Shown: positions 26,430 through 40,920 of the stretch, one piece after another
How the letters are laid out: each line of letters begins with the position of its first letter
Numbering within the stretch: position 1 is the stretch's first letter
Assembly: GCF_018977255.1 (NCBI RefSeq)
Contig: NW_024704743.1
Location: 95,606,001 to 95,670,000 of the forward strand
Direction of reading: 5' to 3'
Length of the DNA: 64,000 nt
Source: Callorhinchus milii
Taxonomy: Eukaryota
Position numbers and translations under genes: made by a program
Notes under the pieces: model-generated
Database searches by the model: none
What the model was told of the DNA's origin: nothing
What the model saw: only the letters and a program-made list of their open reading frames with translations

Positions 26430-27905
26430 CTGGTCAGGGGCCACATGTGGAGTAGGAAGGATAGCTGGGGATTGAACCTGATGCCAAATTGCGCATAGGT
26501 TCAGTGAATCTGAGGGATAGGCTGGGGAGGTTAAGAAGGTCAGAGCTGCAGGTGCAAAAATGTTGATGGGAGCCAAGGAGGATGGCTTCTGTCTTATCAT
26601 CATTCAGCTGCAGAAAGTTGGCATTCATCCAGACCCTGATTTCTGAAAAGCAGCTGGACAGAACATTGGTGGAACTAGGATCAGGACGAGAAGAAAAGTA
26701 GATTTGGATGTCATCCCATACATGTGGAAGTTCTATGGAATATATTATTGAGCAGGAGCATGTAAATGAGAAAAAAAGAGGGGGCCAAGGATAGAGCCTT
26801 GTAGTACCACATGACCGTGTGGAGGCAGAAGGAAAAAACATTTTCATGTATAAAATGATGGCAGTGGGTCAAGTAGGACTCAAACCAGCAGAATGCAGTT
26901 CCACTGAGATGGATGCAGGAGGAGAGGAGGTCGAGGAGAATACAACAACAACAACAACACAAGATTACATTTGTATAGCGCCTTTCACATCGGGAGGACA
27001 TCCCAAGGTGCTGGACAGTCAGTGTTTCGGATCCGAGATGGGGATTGGGATCAGGGAGGGCAGATGGGGAAGGAGGGTGATCGAAGGAACGGTTGAGGAG
27101 GAGGCAAGGGAAGGGGCGAGGCGGAGAGACTGTTTGATGGAGTTCCAGAGGGTGGGGGAAGAGTGGTTGAAGGACCGCCCGCCAATGGTGGGGCCGGCGC
27201 GGCGGGGGACGTGAAGCAGGCCGGAGACCGCTGAGCGGAGGGAGTAGGCAGGTTGGTAGGGGTTTAGGAGGTCGCAGAAGTGGGGGGTGGGCGAGCAAGG
27301 CCATGGAGGGCTTTGACGGTGAGGACCAGGATCTTGAACTGTATCCTCTGTGTGATGGGAAGCCAGTGGAGTCGGGCGAGGATGGGGGTGATAAGATCAC
27401 AGAGCCTGGTGCGGGAGAGGACACGGATTGCAGAGTTCTGGATGATCTGCAGTTTATGGAGGGAGGAGCTTGTCAAGCTGACAAGTGGGGAGTTTGCATA
27501 GTCAAACCTGGATGTTATGAATGCTTATATGAGGATTTCGGCGGCCTGCGGTGTGAGACAGTAGTGGAGCTGGGTGATGTTGCGGAGATGGGAGAAGGCA
27601 GAACGGGTCATGCCACGGATAATAATAATAATCCTTGCATTTTGCATCTTCTAGACGTCTCAAAGCGTTTCACAGAATATGCTGTAAAGTGAATTGACTG
27701 TATATTTGTGGGCAAAATGTGCGGTAGAAAGGATAGTTGAGGGTCAAACAAGATGCCAAGGTTCCGGACTGGCTTAGTGTGCATCCTTGGATGGTGATGC
27801 TGTCAGCGTCTGAGGTATAGAGGCGCTGACGGGAGCCAATCAGGAGGGCCTTGGTCTTGTTGGCGTTCAACTGAAGAAAGTTAGTTCTCATCCAGGACTT
27901 GATCA
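26430..27905 (-). mobile_element. Nested L2 cluster: an older L2 RT fragment, a younger L2 3' fragment starting near 26940, and a SINE tail at about 27620-27722
   Basis: WMNANFLQLN..KTEA (26434-26847), HKLQIIQNSA..LHWLP (27264-27476) and MRTNFLQLNANKTK (27670-27891). An (AAC)n tail lies at about 26943 and an (AAT)n SINE tail at about 27619. Confidence 0.85.
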
Positions 27906-28052
27906 GCTCCCATCATGATCAATAATTGCATGGCCTGACTTACCTACAAAAATACCCCGTTTTCATTGACAAATTGAATCAATATTACATTAGTGGTATT
28001 GAATAGCATATTACCTTCCTGATCTTCCGTTTTATTCTCAAGCAGTTATGAT

Positions 28053-28123
28053 GTTTGTTAGACATGATTTGCCTTTAACAAATCCAACACGGATTTGTTA
28101 AAGGCAAATCATGTCTAACAAAC
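28053..28123. repeat. Perfect 33-bp inverted repeat with 5-nt loop
   Basis: gtttgttagacatgatttgcctttaacaaatcc (28053-28085), loop aacac, then the exact reverse complement (28091-28123). Confidence 0.98.
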
Positions 28124-28710
28124 CTGATAAGAGTTTTTTGATGAAATAACAGAAAGGGTGGATTAAGGTAGTGTAGTTGATGTAGTTTTCAAAAATCGTT
28201 TGATAAAGTGCCACATAAAAGACTTGTAAGCAAAATAGAAGGCTATGGTATTAAAGGGACAGTGGCAGCATGAATACAGAACTGGCTGGGAGACAGAAAG
28301 CAGAGAGTAGGGGTGAACGGTTGATTTTCTGACTGGAGGGAAGTGTGCAGTGGTATTTCCAAGGATCATTATTGGGACCACTGCTGTTTTTGATCTATAT
28401 AAATGACCTGGGCTTGGGTACAGGGAGTACCATTTCTAAGCTAGGAAAAGTAGTAAAAGTGAAGAGGATAGGAGCAGACTGCAAACTGACATAAACAGAC
28501 TGGTAAAATGGGCAGATATGTGGCAGATGTAGTTTAATGTGGAGAAATGCAAAGTGATGCATTTTGGGAGGAAGAATGAGAAAGGCAATATAAGCTGATG
28601 GTACCATCTTAAAAGGGGTGAAGGAACAGAGAGACCTGGGGGTTCATATATGTAAATCAAAAGGTGGCAGGACAGGTAGATAAAGCTGTTAAAAAAAGCA
28701 TATTGGTAAT
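28086..28710 (+). mobile_element. Decayed CR1 LINE RT fragment
   Basis: [29 protein letters not shown] and FNVEKCKVMHFGRKN motifs with stops and frameshifts. Confidence 0.9.
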
Positions 28711-29339
28711 AATATTGGTAACTCTGATGTCTTGATAGTTCTTTACGTAAGCTTTCATAAAGAAGCATATATAACAGCCCCTCTCCAAACATTAGGGATA
28801 CTGTATATCAAGATGTAGAATGAGTGAGAGATTAGGTCTCTCTGTCCGGGAAGCTAATATTATTGAAGTTAATATTGTCTCCCTTCACCATTGATTTCAG
28901 AGTCAGTGTCATCAGATTCAGCAGCTGCTTTCGCTTTTGGTCACAGTGTTTACTATAGTTTCTTATAACACACAGCACTTTCTAGAAGCAGGTTGGCAGC
29001 TGCAGATTTGTTCACAGTCATCAAACTCAACAAGTGGTGGGATTCAAGAGATTTCCATCCAAACTGATTGTAACAATTTTCCTTCAGTCTTCCGTTTTCC
29101 TTCTTGTTACAACCCTCTGAGCCCCAACTCCTGAATTACGCTGTTTAGCATAATCTAGGACTAGCAATGTGAGTATGCACAGAGTTCTGTAGTTCTTCGA
29201 ACAGTTGTATGTTGCAACACAGACCAGACAAAACGTTATCAGGACAGATAGCAACCAATATTGATTTTATATTGTAGTTCCAATGTCTCATAATCTGATG
29301 TGAGGATTGCCACGTCTTGCTTATTACCATAAAACCGTA

Positions 29340-29830
29340 GAAATATACAGCATAGAACAAGGCCATTCAGTCCATGTGTCTGTTCTTTTTGAAAGAGCAA
29401 AATCCATTAAGTTCCATTTACCTGCCTTTTCCGAACCTCTGCAAATTGTTCCTTTTTAGGTATATATCTAGTTCCTTCATGGAAGCTCATATGGATTCTG
29501 TGTCAACCACTGCACCCACACCCTAACAATCCTCGGTGTGTAAAAAAAATTCCTTATGTCCCTTTGCTCCCTTGCTAACTGTCTTAAGTTAATGCCCGCT
29601 AGTCACTGATTCATAGATCAGTGAAAATATTTTCTCCTTATCGACTCTATCAAAAAACTAATAATTTTAAAGATCTCGATTCAGTCTTCTCGGTTCCAAT
29701 AAAAATAAACTCATGTTCTCTAGTCTCTGCTCATACATCAAACCATTCTCACTGGTACCATCCTTGTAAATCTCCTCTGCACCCTCTCTGTGGCCCTCAC
29801 ATTCTTCCGAAAGTGAAGCGATCAGATGTT
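29340..29830 (-). mobile_element. Decayed CR1 3' end
   Basis: aacaggccattcag-type CR1 terminal motif in reverse orientation, followed by degenerate ORF2 tail sequence. Confidence 0.6.
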
Positions 29831-30774
29831 GACAATGCTCTAACTGTCATCTATACTACAAATGTATTTTTGCCTACAAAACACACAGTTACTACACTTT
29901 TCAGTATATCCTGTGAAGCGCTTTGAGAAATCCTCCTGATGTGAAAGGCACTATAACAAATGTAAGGACAGTAATTATTAACTGACAATTTGTGCAAGTC
30001 AATCACTTGATTGATTTTATATTTTATGCCTTTATTTATGTACTTTAACCCCTGCTCTCTTTATTCCTTTTACATGGACACAGTCCTGTAGAGACCATCT
30101 GTAGCAAATGATGTTCCAAGCAAGCATCATCCCCTAAATATTGTGATGACGGCAAGATTAGCTGTCGTGATTCGCCTACAAATATACAGTTACTACATTA
30201 CACAGTAAAACCCTGTGAACCACTTTGCAACGTCTCAACGAAATGAAAAAGTGCTATTATCAATAACAATCCTTGCATTTGATACAATGCATTATCATTA
30301 AGACATTTCCATGTGTGGGATCTGCCATTAGAATTGATTTCTGGTGATCTCCGATTATCAAATAATGGCGACAAGGACGGAGAGGAGCCTGAAAATAATG
30401 TGTCTTTGCTACTCCCATTTTTTGTTTGGCTAGCGGAGATCACAAAAATAATTCTAATGCGTGAAGGACTTGTTAAGACTGCGATGATAGGATGCCATGA
30501 AGATGTCACGCAGGTGCAGAGCGTTTCTGGTCCACTGAAACATTTATTGAAACATTTACTATCGAGTTGGATTTCCTGCAGTGTGACGAGGCAGTTAGGT
30601 CTTGAAGATCTGTAGCTCGAAAATAAAAGACATTTTTCAAAACCCGTTCATGGTTCTGAGCCAAGATTTAACCTTTTTCGTTGACCAACAAAATAATCAT
30701 AGAAATAACAAAATAGCATAGATATACCATAAATCAAGAAATATTCAATCAAGAAACATTATACCCCGCCCGGT

Positions 30775-31710
30775 CACCTGTGGGGTACCACAAAGCTCCA
30801 TCCTTGGACCCCTTCTCTTCCTCATCTATATGCTCCCTCTCGAAGATGTTATCCGCAGACATGGGGTTAACTTCCACATGTATGCAGATGACATTCAACT
30901 CTACTCCAGCTGCAACCCCCAGTGCTCTGATGTTCTGTCAGTTTACCATACTCTTTGGCTCCCAACCTACCTGATCTGTCCTTAAAACTCTCTGAACCCG
31001 TGTACAACTTAGGCGTCAGGTTCGATTCCCAGTTATCCTTCCTCCCCTACAACCGGTCCCTGACCAAGACCGCTTTCCTCCACCTCTGCTACATTGGCCG
31101 ACTCTTGACAATATCTCACTGCGCAAGCTGCCAAAACCCTTCTCCACGTCTTCATTACCTCTCGGGTTGGACTACTCAAACACCCTCCTCGCCGGTCTCC
31201 CCTCCTCCACTATTCACAAAATTCAACTCATCCAAAACTCCGCCATCCACATTCTCACCCCCACTAAACTCCACACCCCGATTACCCCAGTCCTTACCAA
31301 TCTCCACTGACTCCCTGTCACAGAACGGATCAACTTCAAGATCCTCACTCTGGTGTTTAAATCCCTCCACACCTTGGCACCCACTATCTCTCCAACCTCC
31401 TCTCTTCTCACAGCATTACCTGTTGCCTCCGGTTTACTGGCTCCGGCTTCCTCCTTGTCCCTCGAATCCTCCGCTCCACCATCAGCGGCTGTGCCTTCAG
31501 CCACTATGCTCCGAAGCTATGGAACTCCCTCCCTCAATCATTTCGCCTCGCCCCCTCTTTCCCCATTTTCAGGTTGTGTCTGAAGACCTTCCTCTTCAAC
31601 TGTGCCTATGTTCGCCTTCCCCCTCCCTCGGCATCAGACTCCATCATGTTTAAGTGCTCTGAGACGCCACCTGGCGTGGAAAGCACTATATAAATGCAAG
31701 TTGTTGTTAT
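30775..31710 (+). mobile_element. L2-clade LINE fragment, more diverged subfamily
   Basis: [30 protein letters not shown], then degenerate C-terminus and tail gcactatataaatgcaagttgttg. Confidence 0.9.
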
Positions 31711-33139
31711 TTGTTGGCCAACCACTGTCCTAAAGTGTAAGGTAGTCCTAGCTGGACACATAGCAGAAGGCTAGCTGGACAGTGCTCTCAATGACAAGCA
31801 ATATGGTTTTAGCTAGTCAAACTCCAGCAGTACCCAAACATATTCCCTGGGGTCCCCAACTGGGATCTTGCTAACCTGCTCCTAATTCTCTCTGGAAATA
31901 GGTAAGCAAAATGCATCCCTCCCTCCAACAACAACAAAATTACATTTGTAAAGTGCCTTTCACATCGGGAGGAAGTCCCAAGGCGTTGGACAGACAGAGT
32001 TACGGACCTGAGCTGGGGGTAGGGATGGGGGAGGGAAGCAGGGAAAATTTCCATGTGTAGGTGGTGTACATATACAACTCTCAGATTGGTTTGAATACTC
32101 TTAAACATAGTGATGTTTCAGACAACCAGCTGACCAAAAATGAAATCTCCTTTCTCCAATTATTTTCCCCTCGACTGAACTTTCTCAACTTTCCTACTTT
32201 TGAAACTCAGTCCCATTCTCAGATTTTAAGCAAGCATCTGTTTAATGAGTTGTGCCTTGCCTTTCACTTCCTGAATGCATTTCAAAGGTTTAACATTTTA
32301 TTCCAAAACTACTTTCAAGATTTAAGTTTTTCTGGGCTGCATTCCAAGAATCTCCTCATATAATTGCTCAATCTTGTTATTGCACTGGCAAAGCTCTATC
32401 TTACAGATTTAAGCGACAGGCAGTCCTACATCTGTAACTCATAACCAGCTGGTTGGGAGGCAGTCATGCTGCAATCTGTTGAAATGGAGCAGAATACATT
32501 CCTGAATGTTCTCCCACTCACACTTTTTTCAAATAAGGATTTGAATGGTCTGATGCAATGTCCACACTACTCTCACTCAAAGATTGTGAGATGAAAGGAT
32601 AGGAGAGTAAAAGGCTGTAAAATAGTAATAAACTTTATGTGAAGCACCTGAATCTCTGGCATGGTTTAAATGTCTATGTCTCAACCAGTTTACTCTGGTT
32701 AAATTGAAAGCTTGGTGTTCTGTTAGAAACCTGTGTAGATGGTTTCAGCCAACTGGTTGAGCTAAAGATGCAGGCTTAGTGATCTCTTTTTAGCTGAAAA
32801 AAGGCTAAGCACCAGCTAAATGTTACATTATATTAACCACAATCTGAAAATTGTGGCTAACCTTTTAGGCTAAATGTATTGAGGATTTACTTTACAAGCT
32901 GATCCACCAAGCTGAAATAATGTGAGCCAATTTGTTCAACGTCACTTCCTTGGCTTCTAATTTCCAGCAGTCCAAAAGTTCTTGGAGAGTATTTGATAGG
33001 CTGACCTGATTCCTCCTACTTGTGAACATTGCCAATTTAAATTGAGTGGCCTGGTTAGTTAGATTTGTGGTTCAAAAATAACCCATTAAGCATCCACAAC
33101 AACTGCAACAACTTATTTATATTCCGCCCTTCATTCACA

Positions 33140-33605
33140 ACAGCATGATGGTTAGACCACTGGTCTCACAAGGGAGAGGACCTGGGTTTGATTGACAGGT
33201 AGGGCGAAACATTGGGCAGGTTCCTTACTCCACACCTCTGTTTACTTAGCAGTGAGTGGGAACCCTGATTAGCGGATGACTTTTCCAGGGGTAATAAACC
33301 CTTCATGAATAAATAAATAATGATAATAATTTGGTCACTCAATCCACTACTGTTTGTGGGACACTGCTGTGCACAATTGACTGGTGCATTTCACCCACAA
33401 AATATAATTTGCTTATTCAATTCATGACTGTATGTGGGACACTACTGTGTGCAATTGGTCTAATAATAATAATCGTGTTTCACCCACAAAATATACATTC
33501 AGTTCACTTTACAGTATATTCTGTGAAGTGCTTTGAGATGCCTCGAAGACATGATAAGGCGCTACATCAAATGGGAGGATTATTACAAAGATTATTATTA
33601 TTACT
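33140..33605 (+). mobile_element. tRNA-headed SINE, long-spacer subfamily, with internal tandem duplication of the body
   Basis: Head remnant gttagaccactgg...cctgggtttgatt. The body motif ctgt..gtgggacact.ctgtg..caattg occurs twice (about 33349 and 33428). Typical tail. Confidence 0.8.
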
Positions 33606-34729
33606 AGAAACAACAATTTGCATTTATATAGCACCTCTCATGCAGGATAGCGTCCCAGAGTACTTACTAGAAAGGTGCTGTATATTTTAGTTGTTAATTT
33701 TATTTTATTACTAATAATGATACTTTTTTTTGCACCTTATCACATCGTCAATACCTCAAAACACATTGCAGGATTTTACTGTAAATTTTACTGACTGTAT
33801 TTGTAGGCAAATGCAGCAATCAATTTGTACATAGCAATATCTTTGACCAATTTTATTCCTGAGATTTTTGTCCAGGACACCTAGAGAAATTCCTTTCTCT
33901 TTTCAAATAATACCATGGGATAATTAATGTCCACCTGAGGAGGCAGACAGTACCTCTTTGAATGTTTCATTAAAAGGACAGCATTTCCACCGTTGTATTT
34001 TTATTGTATTGAAGTATAGGTTTCTGTTCCAACTTCCCTACTTTCCTGATTATTAAAACAGTCTGGAATTAGTTGCCAGTTAACTGGAGAGTGTGGTTCT
34101 GACAAACATATATCATTTTCAGATTTATGGTCAAATATATTGAAAGAAGTTGCACCAATCACAGAGAGAGATCAAGGGCTTCATATTTCAGGGTAATCCT
34201 TAAATCACCAAGCTTCTCCCTTACTAGGTGGAAAAGCAAAGGGAATCTTGTCAGTGTTGCAATGCCGAGACCCATGGTTTTAACTGTTTAAACTCTAGCT
34301 TTGGCTCAACGCACACTCTAAAATCCCCAATCTTGGCAAATTGAGACAAAACTCTCTGGGATTAAGTGAGCTTTGTGCATCACTCTAGGGAGGGAGTGCA
34401 TACTTCAGAACAGACAAATGGAAACCATATGTGGAACGCTTAGCAGTTTGGTTTGGAGCCTCTTAAACATGGTGATGGGTCTCTGTGCACATCAGATATC
34501 TGCTGACCAAAAATAAGAGAGATGAGACTAGTCTATATATGAAAACAAACCAGCTTTCCTTTATATCACTGCCAGCAACTGAGGCAATAAAACATAGCAA
34601 AAGATTAAACTAGTTCAACTATTTTCTTTAACAAACAGAAGATACCTACCTTTTCTGCAAATAGGAGATAAGGTTCAATGATATTCAAGTGAGGAGCATT
34701 TGGTAAGATAATTGGGAACAACATATAAT

Positions 34730-37098
34730 TAAAATAAATTTCTAGAATGTATTCAGGACAGTTTTTTGGAACAATATGTTTTAGAACCAACAAAGGAATA
34801 AGCCATTACTGGATTCGGTGATGAGTATTGACCCAGAACTAGTTAACAATCTGACAGTTAGGGAACATCTTGCCAACAGTGATCATAATATGATTGAATC
34901 TGATATTTGATTTGAGAGGGAAAAGGGAGTCCCAAATTAAGGTTTTAAATTTATGTAAGGCAAATTTCGATGAGAAATATATTGACCACAGTAAACTGGG
35001 CTGAACTGTTTGTGGGTAAACCTGCAGATGAACAATGGACAGTATTCAAAAAGTAATGATACAATACAGAACAAGTACATACCCCTAAAATGCAAAACGC
35101 TCCAATTGTGTAGTTAAGCAACCATGGTGGACAAAAGAGTTTAGAGACTGTATCAAGCTAAAAGAAAAGGTTTACTCAAATCCAAGAAAAAGTGGGAATG
35201 CAGAGGACTGGGAGAACTACAAAAGGCAACAAAGGGATACAAAGAAAGTAATGAGGAGCAAAAAGGGCATATGAAAAAATTTGCAAGGGATATTAAAACC
35301 AATAGTAAAACCTTTTATAAATATATTAAAAGAAAGAGAATGGTCAAGGGGAATGTGGGTCCGTTAAAGACAGATGTAGGTGAGACTATAATGAAAAATA
35401 AGAAAATGGCTGGCTTGTTAAATAAATACTCTTCCTTTACAGTAGAGGATAAGGACAAAATACCAGCCGTGCAGGGGAACCTAAAAATAAGTCAAAGAGA
35501 AATGCTTAATAAAATTAATATATATAAAAAAATGGTAATGAAGAAAATAATGAGACTCAGGATAGACAAATCTCCAGGACCTGATAGGCGGGAAAATTGC
35601 AGATGCATTCATCATAATTTTGCAAAACACACTAGATTCGGGAATTGTGCCCTTAGATTGGAAAATTGAAAAACCCTTTTATTTAAGAAGGGAGAGAGGG
35701 AGAAACCAGGAAATTACAGACCTGTCAGCTTAACATCAGTTGTAGGGAAAATACTGGAATCCATCATCAGGAACAGAGTGACTGAACACTTGGGCAGGTA
35801 TGAGCTAGTCAGAGAGTCAGCAAGGGTTTGTGAAGGGTAGGTCATGTTTGATTAATCTAGTTGAATTTTTTGAGGAGGTCACTAAAATGGTGGATATTAG
35901 AGTGTCTATGGATGTCGTTTATATGGACTTTCAGAAGGCATTAATAAGGTTCCACACAAAAGATTATTAGCAAAAATGGAAGCGCATGGAGTTAGAGGTA
36001 ACTTTGTCACGTGGCTTGATAATTGTTTGGGAGGCAGGAAACAGAATAGGGATAAAAAGAATGTTCTCTGATTGGAGGGACGTGACAAGTGGTGTCCCGC
36101 AGGGGTCTGTATTGGGACCGCAGCTATTCGCCATACATATAAATGACTTGGATGAAGGAACAGAAAGTTTTATGTCCAAGTTTGTAGATGACACTAAGCG
36201 AGAAGACTCAGTAAGTTGTGCAGATGGCAGTAGGAAGTTACAAAGGGACTTAGACAGATTAAGTGAGTGGGAAAAGCTGTGGCAGATGGAGTTCAATGTA
36301 GGAAAGTGTTAGGTCATCCTCTATGGACCGAAAAAAGAAAGCAGAATGTTTTCTTAACGGGGAGAAATTAAGAACTGTGGAGGAGCAAAGAGATTTGGGT
36401 ATCCATATCCACAAATCACTAAAAACTCGTTCCCCGGTGCAAAAAGTGATTGAAAAGGTGAATGGAATGTTGGTCTTTATCTTAATGGCCTGGAATACAA
36501 AGGAGAAGAAATGATGCTTCAGCTGTATAGAGCGTTAGTCAGACCCCATCCGGAGTACTACATTCAGTTTTGGGCACTACACCTCAGGAAAGATATATTG
36601 GAGGGAGTGCAGCCCAGGTTCACCAGAATGTTACCAGGCCTAAAAGGGTTAAGTTACGAGGAGAGGCTGTGTAAACTTGTGTTGTATTCCCTTGAGTTTA
36701 GAAGGTTGAGGGTGATTTGATGAGGTGCTTAAGATGATAAAGGGGTTTGAGAGGGTAGATACAGAGAAACGTTTTCCTCTGGTTGGGGAATCCAAAACAA
36801 AGCGGGGATAGTCTTAAAATTAAAACCAGGCCATTTATGAGTGAAATCAGGAAGCATTTTTTCACTCAAAGGGTGGTGGAAATTCTCTCCCCCAAAAAAG
36901 GTCGTGGATGCTGGATCCATCCATACCTTCAAGAGTGAGGTTGATAGATTTTTGGTAGGTCAGGGTATTAAGGCATATGGGGAGAAAGTGGGAAATTGGA
37001 ATTGAAAAGTTTAGTTGAGGTACAGATAAGCCATGATTTAATTAAATGGCAGAACAGGCTTGAAGGGCTGAATGGCCTCCTCTTGTTCCTATGTTCCT
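34730..37098 (+). mobile_element. CR1 LINE, about 2.4 kb, 5'-truncated and inactivated
   Basis: [54 protein letters not shown] and [10 protein letters not shown] motifs with many stops and frameshifts. 3' end gggctgaatggcctcctcttgttcctatgttcct. Confidence 0.96.
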
Positions 37099-37645
37099 CA
37101 TCGGATTTCCAAACTCTTCCCTCCACAAGCTGCAAATTATTCAGAACTCTGCAGCTCATGTCCTCTCCCACACCTAGCTCCATGAGCAGATCATGTCCAT
37201 TCTCACCTGACTTCACTGACTCCCCATCCCTACAGTGGATCGAGTTTAAGATCCCCTCTTCTAAAGCCATCCACAGCCTTGCTCCTCCCTATCTCTGTGA
37301 CTTATTTACACATTACCAACCTTCTGGCTCCCTCTGCTCAGCAGGCTCCGGCCTGCCCGGCCTGCCCCACCATCGCCGGTCGAGTCTTCAACCTTACTGC
37401 CCCCATCTTCTGGAACTCCATCCTGGAATCCCTCAACTTTGCACCCTTCTTTGCCTCATTCAAGTCACTTCTCTAGATCTTTCTCTTTGACCATGCCTTC
37501 AGTCATCCTCCCCACTCCATCCCCCTTGGCCCCACCCCTGTTGATTCCAAACCCTAGCTCAGGAGCAAATCCTTGACTGTCCAGTGCATTGGGATGGCAT
37601 GCTAACTTGAAAGGCACTATATAAATGTAATGTGTTGTTGTTGAT
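37099..37645 (+). mobile_element. L2 3' fragment directly abutting the CR1 3' end
   Basis: cacaagctgcaaattattcagaactctgcagc (HKLQIIQNSAA) through the tail aggcactatataaatgtaa..(GTT)n. Confidence 0.85.
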
Positions 37646-40614
37646 GTGGAAATCTAGGTACACTACATCATATGGCTTCCCACATTCAGTTTGCGATACG
37701 AATTTCTCAAAAAAAATTATGAGGTCAGTCAGACAGACCTGAAACCTTTCTGAAACTGTGTCACTGTCATTTATTTGGTTATTCGATAGATTTAAGTTCT
37801 TGTGAAATTCATTCCAGCATTTAAACAAAGACAGTAATGATATTGACTCAACCCTCAGGCTTAGAGAGACTGGTATACTTTTGACTTGTAAGGAAATAAG
37901 CTTTCCCATTATAAATATACAGTGAAATAATAGTGGTGTTTAAACATTGGCATATAATAGATCTCCACTGTCTAACCTAACACATAAAGAATATTCACTT
38001 GGATCATCTACCCTTGGTGCTTTGGAGGAATGGTTGAAAATTGGGGTGAGGGAGAACAAAATAGATGCCTTATCACAATATATTAAAATAATCTACACAG
38101 AAGTTAACCCCTGCTTTTACATTTCTATGATTAAGCGCTCCGAGACGCCGTACAGCGTGAAGGAAGCTATATAAATGCAAGTTATTGTTGTTGTATTTTT
38201 GATCATATCAACAACCAGCTTGTTTCACACAGAGCTCAGAGCTGAACAAAATGCATGTGCACATACTAAAGCTCCATGGGGCAGAAGCAGGAACTCATTG
38301 ATTTCCTCCTGTTGTGCTTCATTTTAGTCATTGTTCTTACAGTAGTCACTACTTGCATTGGTGATGCAATCTGTTAGCATGGCAATCCAGCTCTACACAG
38401 GATTTACTCTAATGTGAAGTCACTATGCATTTTGTAGGTGAACGCAGAAGTAATTTTTTGCGTACATCGATGTCCCACAAACAGCTATGAAATCAATGAC
38501 TAATTAAATAACTACCTTCTCTTTTCAAATAATGCCTTAAAGTCTCTTGAAGTCTGTTCTTTAACATCCACCTGAATAGGCAGATGGTACCTTGGTTTAA
38601 TGTCTCAACAAAAGGATAACACCTCCAACAATCCAGCCCTCCCCACCCCAGCATTGATTATATGTCAATCTAGAATATGTGAATTCAAAGTCCTGATATG
38701 GGGGCTTGAACTCACAACCTCTCACTTAGAGACAAGAATGTTAACAACTGAGTCAAGCTGACACTAAATTGTACCTCAGTGACAAATTGGAAGAATTACA
38801 TTTTAAGTAGCTTGATTATTGCACCAATGTACTGTGCTATGTAGAGATATTCCCTCTCTATCAGGCACCCCACGTACAGAGCTTCTTAGGCAGACCGTCA
38901 AGCTGAGTCAAGCCTTTTCCCTGAAATGCATAATATGAATAAATTGGAGAGCAAGTTATCCCTGACTGCTCTCGTTCATTTCCTGGAGGCCAGTTACCCA
39001 GCAGTATAAGGAGGGGCTTGGAAGAAGGTTGTCAGCCACATCTGTGGACCACGGAATGATATAAAGCAGGAAAAAGTCTGTGAGGTTTCATCACTGACTC
39101 GTGGCATATTAAGGCTTCCCACTACAGTTGCCTCATACTAAATAGGGCAAAAAGCTCCAGCACAGAAATCAAAAGGGAAAATCATCATCTTTCCAAATCT
39201 TACTTGTAGTTCACTGCTGTATGAAATGAACAGTAATAAAAGTGACCCAATATCTTAAAGACATAATCCACATTTTTCTATTCCCACAGGCAATATCCGA
39301 TTCTATGTTGAAACTGCTCAACCACCACACAATTTCATTGGTGATAAAATCGTGAACTAGGTCAAACAATAATCTCTCCTCCTCCTCCTGTGAATACAGT
39401 AGTAAAGCTTCACATTCCTTTGTGGTGGGGAGGCAGTGCTCAGTCCTTCCCAACCCTGCACACACTTTCAAATTAATGAATCTGCTCATATGCAACATTA
39501 ACTAGCTAACAGGATCTTCCTAACAAATAATCCTTACATTTTTAATCATCCTTGCATTTGATATGATACTTTATCACATTGTCAAGATATCTCAGAACGC
39601 TTCACATGATATACTGTACGTTTATGCATTTTCTGGGTGAAACAAGATCCCTCAGAATGTATTTTTGTATGATACATACAAGGCGCCATTTACTGCTTCT
39701 TTTGATCTTGAACAATGAAGTAAATCAAGATAATAATACTGCAGAAATGAGGACGGCGTCAGTGATGATGGACATTGGGAGTTTAATACATTAAGGGAGG
39801 CCCAAGATTGACGCTAATTGAAATTAGTGCCTTTGTGGGTATGAAAAAGAGATATCAGGTCAACACACAATGTACAATGTACAGTATCATAACAGTTCAA
39901 GCGGGCACAAGAGAATATTAGGCATCTAATATACATTCCAAAATAGCAAAGAAACAAAACAGCATATTTTGATGTCTGGAGAGCAGTTCACGGGAATCTA
40001 AATTCTGGATTGGTTAGATTAGGCATCTGTGTGCTATGAATTTCAGATGGGATTTGACACTCATGTCATTTTGTACAATGAGTGAAAAATGCAGCATGTG
40101 ATATTATCACATTGTCTCAGAATCTCTGCTCCTGTCAATATACCAGTGGGAGAATTTCTTCCCTTCCCCCACCTTGAACTTAAACCTTTAAGAGTTAAGT
40201 TAATTCTGGTATTTAGCGAACCGACATTGAAATGCCACGATGCACGAGATGGCAGGAAATGGTCTCCATGGGCAGCTTCAAGCCCAGCACCAATATAATG
40301 TGGTTAGCTGGTGTGCACTAGATATCGACTGAGACAGAGATGGAATTTATGATAATGTGATGGTATCACCAGTGATATTGACCACGTCAAATGTCACATG
40401 GTTTCACCCGTTTGTTTGTAATCTGCTCTATTGTAAAGCTCCACTGTGCATCAATGTGTTTATCAGTAGCTACTGTCCTATTGTGTTGAGAAAGAATCAT
40501 AGTTTATCACAGTAATAGAAACACCATCTTTTATTGACTGGTCAAATTCACTAAACAGATTCCATCTGTTTTCGGTAAATTATCAAAAGCAGCCTTGAAG
40601 GTTGATAGTTCTGT

Positions 40615-40920
40615 AGAGTATTGGTTAGAACCATCACCTCCCAAGAGAGAGCACCCAGGCAGGATGAAACCATAAGCAAGCTTCCTTACTCCACGCTTCT
40701 GTTGACCTAGCAGTAAATTGTTAGTCGATTGGCGGATTGATTTCTGGGAGCAATATTCCCTTACAAAAAAATAATAATTTGGTCATTCAATCCACCACTG
40801 TTTGTGGGACACTGCTGTGCGGAATTGGCTGCCATGTTTTGCCCACAAAATATACAGTCAATTCAGTTTAAAGTATATTATGCTAAGGCATTATATCAAA
40901 TGCAAGGATTATTATTATCA
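40615..40920 (+). mobile_element. tRNA-headed SINE, long-spacer subfamily
   Basis: Same head, body and tail order as the reference SINE, plus the extra segment ctgttgacctagcagta...ttagtcgattgg. Confidence 0.85.

Noticed and set aside
34730..37098. Possible active reverse transcriptase gene
   Set aside because: ORF2 is broken by many stops and frameshifts and is 5'-truncated. The L2 copies are likewise truncated and frameshifted.
39211..39498. Minus-strand 95-aa ORF with an acceptor-like cacag before EEEERLLFDLVHDF...
   Set aside because: No recognisable homology and no partner exons found. It cannot be supported without transcript or conservation data.
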